A model generated the notes under the pieces. The model saw only the letters and a list, made by a program, of their open reading frames with translations. It was not told the origin of the DNA and did no database searches. The position numbers and the translations under genes are program-made. From Octopus sinensis (Eukaryota): a stretch of DNA of 64,000 nt. Below, piece after piece: positions 58,641 through 64,000 of the stretch (its first letter is position 1; each line of letters opens with the position of its first letter). The DNA is taken from NCBI RefSeq assembly GCF_006345805.1, contig NC_043009.1, forward strand, positions 45,384,001 through 45,448,000. Direction: 5' to 3'.

Positions 58641-59559
58641 TATATGGTCGGATGTCTCTCTTACATTTAGATTATAGCTTCTGACTTTCCATCCATGGCT
58701 TTACTTAAAGTAAAAATAACAAACCGAAGCTATACGTAGAAATAGAGAACTGTATTTTGTATCGCTTTAGAATAGTGATCTAATTCTTTATCAAAATATT
58801 TTTGTTTAACAACGATCTAAATCAATAACATAATTTTAAATGTTTTCATTTTTGCTTTTTATGATAAGAGTTGCTTGAAAATGATTTCGTAAATATACAA
58901 TAATTTAGGAAATAAAAAAGAAAAAAATAGATTTTCATTATCATGAACACATACTAAAAGAACAAGTATTTTGTTAAAATAACATACATACAACTTTTAC
59001 AAGAGAGATCTAGTATAATGGACGCCATATTAAATGAAGAATACTTCTGAGAGTTTCAGCTTGAAATAAGTGAAAAAGAGATCGAATTATCATTATTATT
59101 GGCAATATTACTTTCAGATTATAGATTCAGTAGTTTATCTTTATAGATTTGATTTCCTGATCCAATATCACTCTGCATATATTTCATTCTGTGTTATTGC
59201 AATACCAACAATAGATTTGTTTCCCTAACCAATTTACGTCTCGTAATATACAACATCACACGCGTTTATATATAGAATTTGTAAAATGATAATATTGTGT
59301 TGCTTAGCAAAATTTCCGCAGCATAAAAATTCAATTCATCCGAAAGTCGTGACCCACTTTCTATTGATAATTTCCAATTCCTTTGAGTAAAGGTAATGGA
59401 TGCCACAACTGAATAATTCTTTGCATCAATATATTCGAAAATTCAAATGAAGCATCACTGAAGTTTCCACAAAGCATGCTGGATTGATTAGATGTTGCAC
59501 TGTTAACGAAAGAAGCATCATTATATGTAGACGAACTGCACGGTTCACAATAATGTACA

Positions 59560-60140
59560 AACCAGGGGGTCGGTCAATAAGTTGAAATAAACCTCTAAGA
59601 TGCTTTGCCCGATACAGAAACTACTGGAGCGACTCAGAGGTTTTGCAAACTTCCCTTCAGAACCCATTACAACGTTGGAAAGTAATCCTTATCGTTAACC
59701 GATAGCTCAGAGTAACAAGCGTCTCTGCCCTTACATTGAAGGCTTCACCTGAGTGGGTCACCGAACACTGAATTAGTCTCCGCCTGTAGAAGAGTTCCAT
59801 CTGTGGTCTTTTGTCAATCAGTCAATTTGAAATAGTTTCAGCTGTCGTGCCTATCTATTTCAGTCGTTTGTATTTCGAGCGATCTTCCGCGGAACGAATG
59901 CTGCTGCGAAGCCACGGCAGCTGAATTCAGCAGGGAATGATGCATGCCATACGTTGACAAAGGCCGCATCGATCAAGAACTGATATTGAGATTTTTTAGC
60001 TGTTGAGAAACGCTGAGTTTGCTCTCCTAGGATACTTGTAGGCTCCACGATGCTGATTGTATTCGCGGTTCTTCAAGTGAGTAAAAAAATATGTAACCGG
60101 CGAATATTTGAAAATATGGGTCTGGTCGATTTCTCTTATT
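59560..60140 (+). mobile_element. Possible decayed mariner 5' end
   Basis: CAGGGGGTCGGTCAATAAGTT resembles mariner TIRs. IDQ...EIFLAVE-like fragment near 59970 resembles a transposase N-terminus. Confidence 0.3.
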
Positions 60141-60725
60141 AGTATAAATGACACTGGAGTATGCTTTGCAGACTGGCAGATACGAAATAAAGAAAAAGAA
60201 AAATGCAATTTACTAGATAAGCTCTATCAGCTTATACAGTATGTGACACATTAATCGGTTAGCTTCTTAATTCTCTTTAGCATTTCAGTATGTTTGCTAA
60301 CAGTGAAAAGCTCAGTAGACATGTTAAAATTAACAAATAGTTACAGGTGATCAGTTATAATTAATTTTTCTAAAAGGAAATCAATATTTTTATACAACAC
60401 AGACACATACACATTTATATGAATATAAACTTTGTACGTGGCCATACCTTGTAGAATTCAGACTGCAATTACTGCCAAAAGTGGTCCTATCCAATATTAA
60501 AATATATTTGTTTGAAATTTTAAGGTGTTTCCATTAATTTGTCCAACACAAACCGATTATAGTAGTGACTCCATCTAAGTATATCTGAAGAAGGAATTTT
60601 ATTCCGAAATATCATATCAGACTATGGATAACTAAATTACAACAGGTATATAGCCCATTGTATTATAGTGCATTGTTGTACCAGTCAAAACCTTTTTATT
60701 CTTTATATGTATATACATATATAAA

Positions 60726-61108
60726 GGTGGCATCACCTTTAAGGTACATCCAAGGCTTCGGCCCCGTGCCATCCGCCCAAAACAAAAATCGCACTCTCAT
60801 CTCATAACAACAATACGGCACAATTATTTCACCTCAATTGGCCCCGCTCTCTTTAACATTACACCAAAACACATTAAAACAGAAACTGACCCTATAGGGT
60901 TCAAGAAGTCTTTGGACAGATTCCTTCAAGAAATCCCGGATAAACTCCCTACACCCGGATATGTCTCTGTAAACAATAACTCTCTACTTGAGTGGGCCAT
61001 AGTGCCCAAATTCTGACTTGAAAGACTTCACCAGGTGGTGCTATTAAGTTAGACATGGCCTGGGCCAATAATGGCCGAAACCTATCAAAGTATCAAAGTA
61101 TCAAAGTA
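60726..61108 (+). mobile_element. CR1/L2-superfamily LINE 3' end with intact ORF tail and (TATCAAAG)3 tail
   Basis: Uninterrupted 97-codon frame 60726-61016: GGITFKVHPRLRPRAIRPK...FTSIGPALFNITPKHIK...FKKSLDRFLQEIPDK...PGYVSVNNNSLLEWAIVPKF*. 3' UTR stem-loop GGCC-AATAAT-GGCC. Confidence 0.85.
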
Positions 61109-61144
61109 TATATATACACACCACATATATATATATATATATAG

Positions 61145-61320
61145 GGAGAGTTTACGAAAAAAACCAAAGACGAAGACAGGTGTCTTACAAAACAAACAGA
61201 TGTATTCGCATAACGCTCAGGAATAGAAAAAGTCTTTTACGTTTCGAGCCTACGCTCTTCTACAGAAAGGGACACAGAAAAAAACAAGGCGAGAAAAAAA
61301 TGTATATAGTGGCTAACGAT
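61145..61320 (-). mobile_element. Solo PLE pseudo-LTR (related subfamily) with hammerhead-like motif
   Basis: Reverse complement contains CTTTCTGTAGAAGAGCGTAGGCTCGAAACGTAAAAG (61234-61269) and CACCTGTCTTCGTCTTT, shared with 16118-16271. Confidence 0.8.
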
Positions 61321-62014
61321 AAAGAGGGGAGAGACAGAGAGAGTAAGAGAGCGAAACGAAAACCACATGTAGAGGTATGTGGTTTAGTACTTCGTGTTGA
61401 ACTTACGATTGTGAGATGATTGTTTCAATTCGCAGACTGGTATTAACATTGAGTAGACATCAATTACTGCTATCTTTTGGAGAGTGATGAAAGTCTTGAT
61501 ACGTATCTCTTCTTTTCTGAAGCCTGCAAGAAAGTTGGAAAAAAAAAATATTATTTTGTTTATTTAAATATAAATTATTTACGAAATACAAGAATTGTGT
61601 TTCTATTCTATTTCAAAATTAATCATTGCGGCGCGCTTTCTTACTTAAATAGATCATAATCCCTCAGGGAATTTCCACTTATAGAAAACGTACCGAAATA
61701 GTAAATATTGGAAATAAAACTGTTGAATATAAATAGGAATAGAATGGAGAAATAATAAGAGAATGGTTAAATTTGATGAGAAATTATTGCTAAAATTTCA
61801 TTAAAATCTGCTTTTCTTCTTAGAATGTAGATACAAGTATTTCATTATTCATAAAACGTGAATGCCAATGGAAATAATTCTGTACTCGAAAAAAAATGAA
61901 GTGAAATCAGCTAAATATAGAAGCGATTCATCCATAATTAACTTGAGTTTTGTCACATAATCCGATGATAATCCAACGTGTTTTCATTGGCCAACTTCTA
62001 AATTGGTACTGAAA

Positions 62015-62067
<53 letters not shown>

Positions 62068-62669
62068 CTCTCTCTCTCTCACGCACACACACACATTGTG
62101 GATTATTATGACAGAATTTCTGTGCATATCCTACCCGTATATTTTTTTGCAGGATGTATACTCACTTAGACTTCGCTTTAAAAAATCTTACCCCGAAGCC
62201 GACAGCGAAGGAAAAAATGTCTTAGAAACCTTGATACCGCTCCCTTTATGAGATCTCCATCAGCATAGTAGCTCCCACCGTGGCAGACAAGAAGTCGGAA
62301 TTGTCTTGTTTAAGGGTATTCTATATATTACGTTAAGCCATTATACTACGTGCCATATATGGGATTACAAGTTTAATGTAATATGTGGATATCTTGGATC
62401 TCCAGGGAAGCACGTGTTTGCCATATATTCAGAGTAAAACTCATAGTCAGGAGTCTACCACGTTATGCACAGTAAGGGCTAATGCACGCTTATTTCATGC
62501 AGTGATTTGTTCCTCTTCTATGGTATTAATTAGAGCATGGTGAACTGGGCTACTTGGATGTATACACATTCATCACCATCGTCGTTGTCGTCATCATCAT
62601 CATCCTCATATTAAAGCCCTGAACATTAATGTTAAGGGATAGGACACATACTTTTAGTCATTTACAGAT

Positions 62670-62795
62670 AAGTGGATTGGAACAACGTTAAATGAAATGT
62701 TTTGCTCAAGATCACAACGTACCGCCCATTCTGGGAATTGAAACCAGGAACTTGTGATTGTGATTGCAACATACTAATGACAAGGCCATATTACC
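62670..62795 (-). mobile_element. SINE family C, 5' part
   Basis: TGAAATGTTTTGCTCAAGATCACAAC...GGGAATTGAAACC. Confidence 0.65.
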
Positions 62796-62928
62796 CATCT
62801 TCAAAAGGAATTGGGATACTGCGCTTTCGATCTGGCAATCGTTTTGTGAGCATGCCTTTAAATATCAACTGCCATGCAGCAAGGACATGTCGATATGTTC
62901 CTATGTTCAAACATTACAAAGATATACT

Positions 62929-62982
<54 letters not shown>

Positions 62983-64000
62983 GAGAGAGAAAGATAGAGA
63001 GAAAGACAAAGAGAGAGAGAGTTTTAAAATTTACTTGTATAGAGAACACGTAGATGTACGTTATAAGTTATGAATATTTTCTTAAATTGCCATAGTGAAC
63101 ACCTATTATTCATTACACAAGCAAGTTTCCTTCTTTAACCTCGACAACGAAATACTTCGAAGATTAAAATAGCGTTGAATATTCTGCCAATGGTACCATT
63201 AATGTTACGCGTAACTAGCAACACAATGATCAATTGTTCTCTTCTGTGAGAGGATAAAGTTAATATTCTATTTTGGTAAAATTCTATTGAAATAATCGAT
63301 AATTTTCATGTTAAAAACTCATAAATTTTTGCTCAAAGTTTTAATTTTAAAATAAATTTATATTGATTCTATCTTCGTCAAAATTCGAATATTTTTGTAA
63401 GGAAAGTAAGCAGATGTTATTTATTAAATACCTTTTATATTACTGGTATCGTAATTTTTTTAATGTATGCCGAATTGAGAGTTAAATTTTGTTGTGCTGT
63501 GGTTTAAAACTGAAGAAAGCATTTCATCATAGAGATGATAATGTGTAGACATAGTGATGTCTACACGCGGAGACGTTCCTCTCATATATTTGGAAATCGT
63601 TAATAGTTCAAGGGAAGATATATAGAGCTCGTGCATGGGTGAGACTGAGGTGGTTACTATATAAGGGATAAGAGGAGAAAAAGGAACACTAGATAGAAAG
63701 AGGAGAGAAAAAATATGAATGAAAGAAAGAAAGGAGAAAGTGAAGGAGAAAGCAGAGAAGAAATAGAAGGAAGAGGAACAGGTAGAATAAAAGAAGGACC
63801 AAGAAGAGGAGAAGAACATATCAAGTGGAATATTTGCTCGCAGGTCCTACCAAAGTACAAAAATGAGCTGGATGTAATCATGTTTCACTATTTGTTCGAT
63901 AACTTACTTAATACAATGCATTTCTATTTTGCCTGGGAATAGCAGAAGAATGCATAAGAAAGTTTTTTCTTTGTCGTCATGTGCCTCTCATGCCGCAAAT

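Overview
AT-rich, microsatellite-dense eukaryotic DNA, most likely from an octopus. This is inferred from three abundant tRNA-derived SINE families resembling octopus SINEs and from the very high load of (TA)n, (TACA)n, (TATC)n and (AAT)n arrays. I cannot support any host protein-coding exon, rRNA, true tRNA or CRISPR array, so the window reads as intergenic or deep intronic. All recognisable coding sequence is fragmented transposon-derived: two Helitron Rep/PIF1-helicase remnants, Penelope-like elements (a Neptune-type and a probable Naiad-type copy), RTE and CR1-like LINEs, and mariner transposases. The most notable observations are: (i) Penelope pseudo-LTRs carrying a minimal hammerhead-ribozyme fold with a recurring non-canonical core, CUGUNGA; (ii) an exact templated snap-back insertion inside a (TA)n array, plus related smaller events; (iii) a near-identical ~1.35-kb tandem duplication bounded by (GT)n tracts; (iv) several long fold-back structures that could be ADAR or miRNA substrates. 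All alignments were done by eye, so element boundaries are approximate.
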